DNA of 63,778 nt, the filler included, from Acidimicrobiia bacterium (lineage in GTDB: Bacteria > Actinomycetota > Acidimicrobiia > Spongiisociales > CAZKJJ01): assembly GCA_046759765.1 (NCBI GenBank). It is 4 parts of 4 records of this genome, joined end to end, with 100 filler letters (N's around TTAATTAATTAA, not from the genome) between each part and the next. Parts side by side here need not be neighbours in the genome. Positions count along the whole stretch, not along the records: positions 1 to 17,227 come from JBHICV010000042.1; positions 17,328 to 34,097 come from JBHICV010000043.1; 2 more parts are not named here. One strand, written 5' to 3'. Position 1 is the first letter of the stretch. Every line of letters begins with the position of its first letter. Positions 9,566 to 19,046 of this stretch are shown here, in pieces. Both the position numbers and the translations under genes were made by a program. The notes beneath the pieces are model-generated. The model ran no database searches. It was not told the DNA's origin and worked only from the letters and a program-made list of their open reading frames with translations.

Positions 9566-10579
9566 ATGAGTCGAGCCACCGTCCTTGGCGTGATCGGGTT
9601 AATCGCGCTCGTGGTGGCCTTCTTCGCGCTCAATCGTCAGCCTTCCTTGCGCACGCCGGAGACGGTGCCTGACGTCGATCCCAGCTCCGTTTACGACCCG
9701 TATCGGGCGGGGGAGCAACTGCCTTCCGGTTACCGACAGTTGCTGCCGCGGGATGCCATTCGTCCCGTGTATCAAGCCGTATTCGTACGGGCCTCAGAGG
9801 CCGGCTGGGACGATGAAGATCTTGTTATCGGTCTTGAGATCAATGACGAAGCCAAGGCTTATCCCGTTGGCTTTCTCAATCGGCGGGAGATGGTCATCGA
9901 CTCCGTGGCGGGGATTCCAGTTCTGGTCACGTGGTGACCGCTGTGTGCCACGGCGATGGTGCATCGCCGAGAAGTCGAAGGTCAGGCGCTCGTACTCGGG
10001 AACCAAGGTGCACTATGGGGCAACGCCATGACCTGGTGGGACCACGAAACCGGAAGCATTTGGAGCCAGCCGCTCGGCGAAGCGATCGCCGGCCCGCTCA
10101 AGGGAACGACCCTCGAACCGCTGCCTTCAGCCCTGACCACTTGGGAGGCATGGCGCGAGGCACATCCTGACACGCTGGCTCTCGACGCCCCCACCAACCA
10201 GTCTGGTTTTCGCCTCGAAAGCATGGCGATCGTTTTGGACCTTGCCGACGACCCGACCGCCTTCCCAGTGACACTCGTCCGGGAGGCAGGGGTCATCAAT
10301 GAAGTCGTGGCGGACCTCGAGGTTGCGGTTGTGGTCGATCCGACCGACGACAACCGCTGGGCGGTCTTCTCTCGTCGGCTCGATGATCAGGTGGTCACGC
10401 TGGCAGTAGATGGTGACCGGATAGTGGACCTAGAGACGGGATCGGTCTGGGATCCCGTAACGGGCGTGGCGAGCGAAGGTCCACTGGCAGGCGAACTCCT
10501 GAACAAGCTCCCAGGGTTCACTTCGTTCCCCCGCGACTTCTTCACGTTCTGGCCGGAAGGGACGTTGTGGAGGCCCTAA
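9566..10579 (+). CDS. DUF3179 domain selenoprotein (TGA 9935-9937 read as Sec)
   Basis: ORFs 9566-9937 and 9956-10579 are in one frame: VLVTW-TGA-PLCATAMV, a CxxC-like site; DAIRPV, KAYP, WDHETGSIWSQ and TTWEAWREAHPDT motifs. Confidence 0.88.
9951..9969 (+). promoter_or_regulatory. putative bacterial SECIS hairpin
   Basis: perfect 8-bp stem CGGCGATG/CATCGCCG with a GTG loop, starting 14 nt after the in-frame TGA. Confidence 0.7.
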
Positions 10580-10582
10580 GGG

Positions 10583-10647
10583 AGTTGTCAGCTATCAGCT
10601 TTCAGGAGTCAGCCAGAATTACTCACAAGAACTGAAAACTGGCGACT
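10583..10647. repeat. inverted heptamer-repeat element between convergent genes
   Basis: AGTTGTC AGCTATC AGCTTTC AGGAGTC ... ACTGAAA ACTGGCG ACT. Confidence 0.65.
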
Positions 10648-11204
10648 TAGTCCTTCTTCTTCGCGGCCCTCTTTGCCTCCCTGAGAACAGCGATATCTTC
10701 GTAGTCCGCCACGTCGGCGATAGATGCCCAGTCGGCGGAGACTTCTTCCCAGCCCGGAGGTCCGACACCGAGCCGCTTACCGACCACTCCCACGAAGATC
10801 CTCGACTTGGCTTTCCCGAATCCCGGGAGCGCCTCGAGCCGTTGGAGCAGGTCCTTACCCGACTCGGCCGTTTCCCATATCCGGGCTGCCTCTCCCCCGT
10901 AGGAGTCCGCCACCTGGCGACATAAGTCCTGGGTACGCCCTGCCATAGAGCCGGGAAATCGGTGGATAGCCGGCGGACCTTTGAAGATGGCGACCATTGC
11001 GTCCGGGTCGTAATCCGCGATCTCACGGGCATCGAGCTTGGCTCCCAAACGCTCTTGAAGCAGGAACGGCCCGTAGAAGGCCCGCTCCATTGGGAACTGC
11101 TGGTCGAGCAGCATCCCGATCAGCAGCGCGAGGGGGTCCTCAGCCAAGAGGCGATCGGCCGCGTCCTCACCGGTCCACGGCAGGATCTCGGGTTTCCCGG
11201 CCAT
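10647..11204 (-). CDS. HhH-GPD-type base excision repair protein
   Basis: DPLALLIGMLLDQQFPMERAFYGP, IHRFPGSMA, LPGFGKAKSRIF. Confidence 0.9.
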   Translation of the reverse strand: MAGKPEILPWTGEDAADRLLAEDPLALLIGMLLDQQFPMERAFYGPFLLQERLGAKLDAREIADYDPDAMVAIFKGPPAIHRFPGSMAGRTQDLCRQVADSYGGEAARIWETAESGKDLLQRLEALPGFGKAKSRIFVGVVGKRLGVGPPGWEEVSADWASIADVADYEDIAVLREAKRAAKKKD

Positions 11205-11330
11205 TTCGACATGTTAAGGAACCGGCGCCAGCCGCAACCTTCTAGAGACCGTTTTCGCGCCTTTGAGCGCGAACCCGCCCTGTTCATTGCTCCCGCAGAG
11301 GCCTAGCCTCCGCCTTGAAGAACCTGGCAG

Positions 11331-13016
11331 GTGATGGGCGTCATCGAGGCGGAGGAAGAGGGCCACCTGGCTCGCCGTAAGCGTCCGGTGGTGGCGGCGC
11401 TGCTGTCCGCGCTGCTACCAGGCGCGGGACAGTGGTACGCGGGCAGGCACCGGCGCGCCCTCGTAATGTTCGCACCCCTAGCGCTGATCGTCGTCGGCTC
11501 CGTCGCCACAGGGGCTGCGGTCGGTTTGACCGACATCGCGTCCCTCCTCGTTCAACCTCGGGCGTTGTGGGCCCTGTTCGGCGGCAACCTCGCAGTGCTC
11601 GCCTGGCGACTCTTCACCGTCGCCGACGCCTACCTCATCGCCTCCGATCGCCCTACCCGGACGCTGGCCACTGTCGTCCCGCTCGCAGTTGTCCTGGTCG
11701 CGGTTGCGGTACCGCACGCCATTGCGGGCGCGTACGGGCTAAGAGGCATCGAACTCCTGGAGAACGTTTTCCCGCCTGAAAAGGACGTACAGGTCCTCTC
11801 GGCGACGGTGACTCTGCCCGCCGCCGACGACGAAGGAGGCCCAGTGACCTTCGAACGGGGGCTCCGCGACGTGGCAGTCACCGAGTATCAGTCCCTGGGA
11901 CTCATCTTCGAAAATGGAGTCGGCGATCCCGACGCGATCGCCATCTACCCACGGCTCACAGCCTCGGCGAGCTCGGGCGCCCCGTTCGTGCGGTTCGGGG
12001 AACGCGTCGATGACCGACGCATCACTGTCCTTCTCGCCGGGGGCGATGAGGGTCCGGGGCGCGGCGGACTCCGAACGGACACGATGATCGTGGCGACTGT
12101 GAACGTGACCTCGGGACAGGCTGCGCTCTTTGGCATCCCCCGCAACTTCGGGATGGTTCCACTGCCTCACAGGTTCGAGGAGGCGTTCATCGACATTGAA
12201 GAGGAAGTGTGGGAAGAGGAACAGGCTGAGCTGGCACTGATCGACGAGAACGAAGACGGGTTTCCGGACCACTGGGTCGACCTAGATGCTGACGGGGTGC
12301 CGGAGCCTCCCGAGTTCGAGTCCTGCGAATGCTTCCCGGAGATCCTGAACGCTCTCTATGGACGAACGGACGGGTGGTGGAGCCGGTACCCCGGAACCCC
12401 CGACCCTGGAATGGAAGTCTTGGCCGACACCCTCGGCCACCTTCTCGACCTTCACATCGACTACTGGATGCTGGTGAACATGGAGGGTTTCGTGAAGCTG
12501 ATCGACGCGATGGGCGGCGTCGACCTCATGGTCCAGGAGCCGCTGCACGTCAAGGTCTCGGCCGCTGAAGAGGGGCTTCCGAAAGCCATCGTCCACGTAG
12601 AGCCCGGCTTGAACCATCTCACTGGGACGGAGGCACTGGCTTACGTCCGGTGGCGGCGGGGATCCTCGGACTACGCCCGGATGGTGAGACAGCGATGCAT
12701 GATCCGGGCAGTGGCGTCCGAAGCTGACCCGATCACCATCCTACGGTCGTTTACCGCGATAGCCGATGCTGTCCAGACGTCCGTCGTGACGAACATTCCC
12801 CTCACCTTCCTACCCGACATGGTGCACGTGCTGGCGGGGATCGACTTCGAGGATGTGGCAACGGTGGGCTTCGTCCCCCCGACATACAACGACGGACGCA
12901 CCCTCCACGGTTATCCCGTCCCCGACGTGGACCGCATCCGCTGGAAGGTCGACCAGGTGCTCGCCAACGGCGCCGCATCCCAGAGCAAAACCGGTGAGAG
13001 CGAATGCGGGATCTGA
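11331..13016 (+). CDS. LCP (LytR-CpsA-Psr) family cell-wall phosphotransferase
   Basis: TM N-terminus; RTDTMIV, GIPRN, GFVKLIDAMGGV, ALAYVRWR, DYARMVRQR. Confidence 0.92.
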   Translation: MMGVIEAEEEGHLARRKRPVVAALLSALLPGAGQWYAGRHRRALVMFAPLALIVVGSVATGAAVGLTDIASLLVQPRALWALFGGNLAVLAWRLFTVADAYLIASDRPTRTLATVVPLAVVLVAVAVPHAIAGAYGLRGIELLENVFPPEKDVQVLSATVTLPAADDEGGPVTFERGLRDVAVTEYQSLGLIFENGVGDPDAIAIYPRLTASASSGAPFVRFGERVDDRRITVLLAGGDEGPGRGGLRTDTMIVATVNVTSGQAALFGIPRNFGMVPLPHRFEEAFIDIEEEVWEEEQAELALIDENEDGFPDHWVDLDADGVPEPPEFESCECFPEILNALYGRTDGWWSRYPGTPDPGMEVLADTLGHLLDLHIDYWMLVNMEGFVKLIDAMGGVDLMVQEPLHVKVSAAEEGLPKAIVHVEPGLNHLTGTEALAYVRWRRGSSDYARMVRQRCMIRAVASEADPITILRSFTAIADAVQTSVVTNIPLTFLPDMVHVLAGIDFEDVATVGFVPPTYNDGRTLHGYPVPDVDRIRWKVDQVLANGAASQSKTGESECGI

Positions 13017-13030
13017 ACGCCAGCCCAAAG

Positions 13031-14782
13031 ATGTCGCTGAGGGTGCCCCTCATCCTCGGGGTACTCGCGGTGTTGGGCGCCTCCTGCACAAGCACGGTAG
13101 AGCCCACCACTAGTCCTCCTACCACGACTCGGCTGACAGTGCCCTCCACCACCACGACGACGGAACCGGTGGTCGACTTTCACGGCGGGGTAGCTGTGAT
13201 CGGACTCGAGGAGGAGCCGTTCACGCTCAACCCCTTCATAGCCGGAGATCAGATGCCGCTGGTCCGTTTGATTGCACAGGCGTGGACCGTCGGCGTGCAG
13301 GACGTTTCGGGCGAAACCGGCGAGCTCCTGCCGGAGGTGGTCACCAGGCTGCCGACGGTGGACAACGGCGGAGTCCTGGTGAACCCAGACGGCACTATGA
13401 CGGTGACTTACAAGATACGACACGATGCTCGGTGGGCCGACGGCGTTCCGATCACCGGAGCCGACTTTCAGTTCACGCTCGACACGATCCTCGACCCGGC
13501 CCTTCCGATCCCCAAGGGCCTGTATGGGGACATAGTCTCCTCGGTGGTCGCCGAGAAGACCTTCTCGTACACGCTGGCCGTGGCGACCATCCAATATGAG
13601 ACGCTCTTCGACGTCCTATTGCCGAAGCACGACGTCGGGGGCACGAACCTGGTGGCGCACTGGAACGACAGAACGTGGGTGTCCGGAGGCCCATTCGTTC
13701 TAGACGAATGGGTCCCAGGCTCCTCAATCACTTTCAGGCGCAACGACGCTTACTGGAAGACCGACCCCGAGACCCGGAATGTCCTTCCGTTTCTGGACGG
13801 TCTGGAGTTCCGGATTGTCTCCGAGGCCGACGAGGGCTTGAACGCGTTTCGAAGACGGCTGATCGATGTGATACCGGTCGCGCCGGGAGCGAGCGGGACA
13901 GCGCTGGAAGCGCTCGGCGCGAAGGTCGAGAGCGCGGGTGGACCCGTGTGGGTCCATCTGAACTTCCAGTTCGGGCCAGAGCGTCTGAACCGCAACCCGC
14001 ATACCCTCAACGAGTACCTGGCTTACCGCCAAGCCGTTATGCATGCGATTGACACCCAGCGGCTCACGGACGAGCTATTCGGTGACCGGGTGACACCGCT
14101 CGACTCTTATGTGTCTGCTTACAACGGATCTCTTAGTCAGGCCGCCTGGTCGCAATATGGCTACGACCCCGAGCGGGCGCGGGCGTTGCTTACGTCCGCC
14201 GACGAGGAGCGGGACTCCGACGAGACTCGCCGACCTGGTGACTTGAAGGTGATTCTCACCGTCAATGGCAGCAACTCCGATCGGGTTCGGGTGGCCGAGC
14301 TGCTCAGCGAGATGTTGGCCGACGTAGGAATCGATGTAGTTGCCGTGCCGGAGGACTCGCTCGTTTTCTTCGGCGAGACTGTCAGCGATGGCCACTGGGA
14401 CGCGGCTGCGTGGGCATGGCAGGCATCGCCGGGTCTCGCCAGCCTCGTCCGGTTCCATGAGGTCTTCGATCCGGGAGACGCCCGGGGCACGAGCAACTTT
14501 TACCGTTGGGGCACGTTCGACTCCGCCATCCAGAGCGGCGCTTCGCTGCGATACGGACAGATTCTCACTCAGATGCGCGCAACGGTGGACCACAACGAGC
14601 TGAAAGGGTTGATCAGGGAGGCCGAGCAGCTGCTGGCCGACGAGGCCCTTTTCCTGCCTCTGTACGCGGAGCCCATCACCGCCGCCTATTGGCCGCAGGC
14701 GATCGAGGGATTTGTCATGAACGCAACCTCGGCCGGCTTCACCTGGAACGTCGAGTGGTGGAGAGAGCCCAGCGCGGGCTAG
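13031..14782 (+). CDS. ABC transporter substrate-binding lipoprotein (peptide/nickel, SBP family 5)
   Basis: lipobox LGASC; WADGVPITGADFQFT, GPFVLDEWVPG, RQAVMHAID. Confidence 0.9.
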   Translation: MSLRVPLILGVLAVLGASCTSTVEPTTSPPTTTRLTVPSTTTTTEPVVDFHGGVAVIGLEEEPFTLNPFIAGDQMPLVRLIAQAWTVGVQDVSGETGELLPEVVTRLPTVDNGGVLVNPDGTMTVTYKIRHDARWADGVPITGADFQFTLDTILDPALPIPKGLYGDIVSSVVAEKTFSYTLAVATIQYETLFDVLLPKHDVGGTNLVAHWNDRTWVSGGPFVLDEWVPGSSITFRRNDAYWKTDPETRNVLPFLDGLEFRIVSEADEGLNAFRRRLIDVIPVAPGASGTALEALGAKVESAGGPVWVHLNFQFGPERLNRNPHTLNEYLAYRQAVMHAIDTQRLTDELFGDRVTPLDSYVSAYNGSLSQAAWSQYGYDPERARALLTSADEERDSDETRRPGDLKVILTVNGSNSDRVRVAELLSEMLADVGIDVVAVPEDSLVFFGETVSDGHWDAAAWAWQASPGLASLVRFHEVFDPGDARGTSNFYRWGTFDSAIQSGASLRYGQILTQMRATVDHNELKGLIREAEQLLADEALFLPLYAEPITAAYWPQAIEGFVMNATSAGFTWNVEWWREPSAG

Positions 14783-14813
14783 GCGGGTGTCCGGGCCGTA
14801 GGATCTGAGTCCC

Positions 14814-17227
14814 ATGCTGCCCTCCGGGACCGTCACTCTCCTCTTCACGGACATCGAAGGCAGCAGCAAGCTTTGGGATGCCCGGCCTGAAGAAATGCGG
14901 AGCGCCCTGGCCACGCACAACGAGATCGTGGCCGGATCCATTACGGCGCACAACGGGTCGATCGTCAAGGACAAGGGCGATGGGTTTTTCGCCGCGTTTG
15001 AACGAGTCCCGGAAGCGGTCGCCGCCTCGCTCGACGCTCAGCGCCAGCTCGAGGCGGCCTCGTGGGATCAAAACATTGGCGCCTTGAAGGTGCGGATGGC
15101 GCTCCACACAGGCACCCTGGAGCCCCAGGAAGACGACTACCACGGTCCCGATGTGAATCGGGTAGCTCGTCTGGAGGCGGTTGGTCATGGCGGCCAGGTG
15201 CTCGTCTCCGATGCAACCAGAGCGCTGGCCCAGGACATCCTGCCCGAGGGAGTCGAGCTCCGCGATCTCGGCTTCCATCATCTGCGCAGCCTCGCCCGGC
15301 CGGAGCGCGTCTACCAGCTCGTGACCGCCGAACTCTCCACCGACTTTCCGCCGCTTCGTAGCGCTCCTGGGGCCGGCGCCGCCCTCCCCGACTTTCCCAC
15401 CTCGTTCGTGGGACGTGAAACCGAGGTTTCGGAGATCTCCGAGCTGCTGGTTGGTTCGGAGCTTCGCCTTCTCACCTTGCTCGGTCCGGGCGGGATCGGG
15501 AAAACTCGTCTCGCGGTGGAGACGGCACGGAAAGTTTCCACCGAGTTCCCGGGAGGCACCTACTTCATCGACCTCGCCCCCATTTCTGACCCGACCGACG
15601 TACCCATGTCCATTGCGCAAGGGGTGGGCGCCCATGCCGAAGGTGCGGGGCAGGTACTGGCCTTGGTTACTTCTCTGATCGCGGTTCCGACCCTGCTGCT
15701 CGTCGACAACTTCGAGCACGTCGCCGAAGCCGGTACCGACGTGGCGGATCTCATTGCCGAGTGTCCAGAGCTCACTTTCCTCGTCACCAGTAGGACACCC
15801 CTCCGCATCCGGGGAGAGAACACCCGACGCATCGACCCGTTGGCGGTCACAGGCAACGGCCACGACCCGGCCGCAGTCCAGCTCTTCGTAGACCGAGCTG
15901 CAGAGCACGGAGTTGATCTCGACATGTCGGGCCCACAGGGAGCCTCGATACAGTCGATCTGCGCCCGGTTGGATGGATTGCCGCTGGCCATCGAGCTGGT
16001 CGCCTCCCGGGTGCGGGTGTTGGACGTTGCAGAGCTCGATCGGCGGCTGGCCGACTCGTTGTCCATTCTCGGATCAGGGGCCTCAGACCTACCGGAACGA
16101 CAGCGGACCATCCAAGCGACGATCGACTGGAGTCTGGAAGCGCTCGGCGAGGCAGAGCAGGCAGTCTTCAGGCGGCTGGCCGCCCTGCCCGCCGGGGCCA
16201 CGCTCGACACCGCCGAAGCGGTCTGCGGCTTTGAGCTGGAGGGCGACATGCTCGATGCGCTCTCGGACCTGGTCGACAACTCGCTAGTGAACGTGACCTC
16301 CGGTCTGGCCGGCGGAAACAGATTTAGCGAGCTCAAGGTGCTACGCGAGTACGGGACCGAGCGTCTTCGGGACGCCGGCGAGCTGGATGAGACAATGTCC
16401 CACCTCGTTGATCACTACGTCACCGCGCTTCCTGCGCTGGGACTCCGGATGGACGAAGAAGAAGCGCCGCTACGAGAGCTGCAGGCGGAATTTCCCAACC
16501 TCACTCTGGCTATGGACTGGTGCCTGGGCAACAACCGAACCGAGGACATGGTCAACGCTCTCTACGACGTGTGGGTTTTTCTGTTCGACGGAGACGTGGT
16601 GGCCGGAGTGGCTGACTGGCTAGCAAGGGCCGATTCGATCGTTGACTCCCCCGAGATGGACTGGCTGACGGGCATGGTGGCGTTTCAGGCGGGTGAGATG
16701 GAGGTAGCCGCCGACAGGCTTTCAACGGCCCTTGATCGCTTCTCGGCGGAGGGTGACGATGATGGAGTAGCGCTATCTCAGCTCTTCTTGGGCAATGTCA
16801 CCGAGGACCCCGCCGACGGGCTGGCGATGCAGGATTCCGCGCTAAAGAGGTTTCGAGAGCGAGGCCGTAACATCGCCGCCTACGCGGCTCAGATCTTCCA
16901 GAGCGTGAACCTGGTCCGCTCCGGCGCCTTGGAGGAAGCGCTGGATCTCCGTCAACAACTAGTCGCTCTAGCCGTGGCCGCCCCTTTCCCCGAGCTCAGG
17001 GCGTGGACCCACTGGGTCCTGGCACTGGTGCTTTTCAACCTCGATCGGTTCGAAGAGGCTGTCGAACACAACCGGCAGGTGCTCGATGTAGCTGTCGAGT
17101 TGCGATCTCAGGAGATGATCGCCTCCAGTGCAGACCTGGTGGCAGTCGCCGAAGCTGCCCAAGGACGGCTCGAAGAGGCGACGCTGATCCACGGCGCCTG
17201 TCAGCAGATCTGGGAACGACTCGGAGT
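14814..17227 (+). CDS. adenylate/guanylate cyclase + STAND (NB-ARC-like) ATPase + TPR protein, 3' truncated
   Basis: LFTDIEGSS, GDGFF, VNRVARL; P-loop GPGGIGKT; DNFEH; LDGLPLAIEL; ends at the contig break. Confidence 0.92.
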
Positions 17228-17327
17228 NNNNNNNNNNNNNNNNNNNNNNNNNNNNNNNNNNNNNNNNNNNNTTAATTAATTAANNNNNNNNNNNNNNNNN
17301 NNNNNNNNNNNNNNNNNNNNNNNNNNN
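17228..17327. other. artificial contig linker
   Basis: N44-TTAATTAATTAA-N44 (stops in all six frames). Confidence 0.98.
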
Positions 17328-17407
17328 CCATCCTCACTGGCTTAACAGCACCCACCCGTCAACGGTCATCCCCCATGTGCCAATGAGATCTCGCCCGGGC
17401 AGGCCAA

Positions 17408-17475
17408 TCGAACACTCATTCGCTCAAAATGGTTGCAATTGGGTTGCAGTTTGGCCCCTCCCGAACACACGTTCT
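17408..17475. promoter_or_regulatory. two degenerate LexA-like boxes
   Basis: TCGAACactcATTCG (17408) and CGAACacacGTTCT (17462) versus consensus CGAAC-N4-GTTCG. Confidence 0.45.
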
Positions 17476-17528
17476 CACCTTTCGGACACTAGGCACCCTG
17501 CTTGACCTGGGATTGGTCCGTCCTCAAA

Positions 17529-17558
17529 TAAACCTTCTCCCGGGCCGATACGAGTCAA
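17529..17558 (+). promoter_or_regulatory. putative autoregulatory ECF sigma promoter
   Basis: TAAACC-N16-CGAGTCAA; same elements and spacing at 23930-23959. Confidence 0.7.
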
Positions 17559-17597
17559 AGAGTGTGATGTCACACTCGGATTCACTCCGGAGAATGG

Positions 17598-18122
17598 ATG
17601 CGCCCGAGCGACGACGCGCAGGTTGTAGCGAGGCAGGAGCCCTTCGATGCCTTCTACCAACGTGAGTTCCGCAGCGTCGTCGGGCTGGCTTACGCCCTTT
17701 CGGGAAGCCGATGGGCAGCCGAGGACCTCGCCCAGGAGGCATTTCTTACCGCCCACCGGCAATGGGATCGCGTCGGTAGCTACGACTCGCCGGGTGCCTG
17801 GGTGCGCAGGGTGGTGACCAACATGTCAGTCTCCCTCTACCGCAAGCGCGCCTCGGAAGCCAGAGCCATCACGAGGATTGCTTGGCAGCGTCAAGAGGCC
17901 CTGCCTGAGCTCGAGCCAGAGGACGCGGGGTTCTGGAAGCACGTACGCGCTTTACCCCGCCGGCAGGCACAGGCGCTGGCGTTGCACTATCTCGAGGATC
18001 GACCCGTAGCCGAAGTAGCCGAGATACTCCAGTGCTCCGTCTCGACCGCCAAGGTCCATCTGCACAAGGGGCGCCGAGCCCTGGCCGACCGTCTCGGCCT
18101 CGACGTCGGAGCGTCGCAATGA
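17598..18122 (+). CDS. ECF RNA polymerase sigma factor (actinobacterial SigE-like family)
   Basis: AAEDLAQEAF, WVRRVVTN, LPRRQAQALALHYLED, STAKVHLHKGRRAL. Confidence 0.95.
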   Translation: MRPSDDAQVVARQEPFDAFYQREFRSVVGLAYALSGSRWAAEDLAQEAFLTAHRQWDRVGSYDSPGAWVRRVVTNMSVSLYRKRASEARAITRIAWQRQEALPELEPEDAGFWKHVRALPRRQAQALALHYLEDRPVAEVAEILQCSVSTAKVHLHKGRRALADRLGLDVGASQ

Positions 18123-19027
18123 GCTCTCTCGACGAACGCGCTCGCCGGTCCGCCGAAGCGGTTCACGAAGCAGTCGCTGACGCCGACCTGCGCCTTCTCG
18201 AGGCGGGAATACCGACCGGGGCCGCTGGGGTGAGGCCGGCCCTGGCAACCCGCGTCCTCGCTTTCGGAGGCGCGTTCGCGTTGGTGGTCATGGCAGTCGG
18301 ACTGGCCGTCGTTCAGATGAACATGTTCGCCAGCGAGGGCCAGCCGGTCGGGACCGAGCCTCCGGCTCCCACGGTTGTCGAGCCACCTCCTGTAACAACC
18401 TCGGTGGTTGAGGAGACTCCCACTACCTCTCCCCCGCCGACCGCGGCCCCGACGACAGCACCGCCCGAGACCACAATTGTGGAGATAGCGGACACCATCC
18501 CACCGGCGCTCGAGATAACGAGTCCAGCCGACGGGGAGTCCGTCGCGAGCCATCTAGTGACCTTCGCCGGCATCACGGAACCGGGCGCCACCGTGACCCG
18601 CGGCAAGTTCGAGGCGACTGTCGATGCGGAGGGCAACTGGTCGCTCGTCCTCGTCGTCTCCGAGGGCATCACGTCCGTGACATTCACCGCCACTGACGAG
18701 GCCGGCAACGAGAGCCACGCCAGTGTCAAGGTCTCGTACGAGGCCCCCAAGGAGGAGGAACCGGGCGGCGAGTTCACAGCCTTCGCCACTTTCGGGGAGT
18801 GTCTGGAGGATCCGCCCTTCGACGAGTACTACGGCACCGCGGCGCCCGAAGCCAAGATCACCATCACGTCGAAGTACGGCAGCGGCTCGACCTTCGCCGA
18901 CGCAGAGGGGAACTGGTTCAAGAAGGTCACCTTCGCTGGGGCACCCAAGGACAAACCGTTCGAGGTCACCGTCAAGGACGATCTGGGTAACAAGAAGACC
19001 TTCTCGTTCGTAGCTAAGTCAGGCTGA
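18119..19027 (+). CDS. putative anti-sigma factor: short cytoplasmic domain, TM helix, Pro/Thr linker, two Ig-like ectodomains
   Basis: ATG overlaps sigma stop (ATGA); TM VLAFGGAFALVVMAVGLAVV; DTIPPALEITSP...ATDEAGN Ig-like motif. Confidence 0.8.
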   Translation: MSSLDERARRSAEAVHEAVADADLRLLEAGIPTGAAGVRPALATRVLAFGGAFALVVMAVGLAVVQMNMFASEGQPVGTEPPAPTVVEPPPVTTSVVEETPTTSPPPTAAPTTAPPETTIVEIADTIPPALEITSPADGESVASHLVTFAGITEPGATVTRGKFEATVDAEGNWSLVLVVSEGITSVTFTATDEAGNESHASVKVSYEAPKEEEPGGEFTAFATFGECLEDPPFDEYYGTAAPEAKITITSKYGSGSTFADAEGNWFKKVTFAGAPKDKPFEVTVKDDLGNKKTFSFVAKSG

Positions 19028-19046
19028 AGTCGATTAAGCGCACTTC

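Noticed and set aside
14814..17227. STAND ATPase as an Avs-type antiphage system
   Set aside because: Cyclase-NB-ARC-TPR architecture is a common actinobacterial signalling type, with no nuclease effector or defence context
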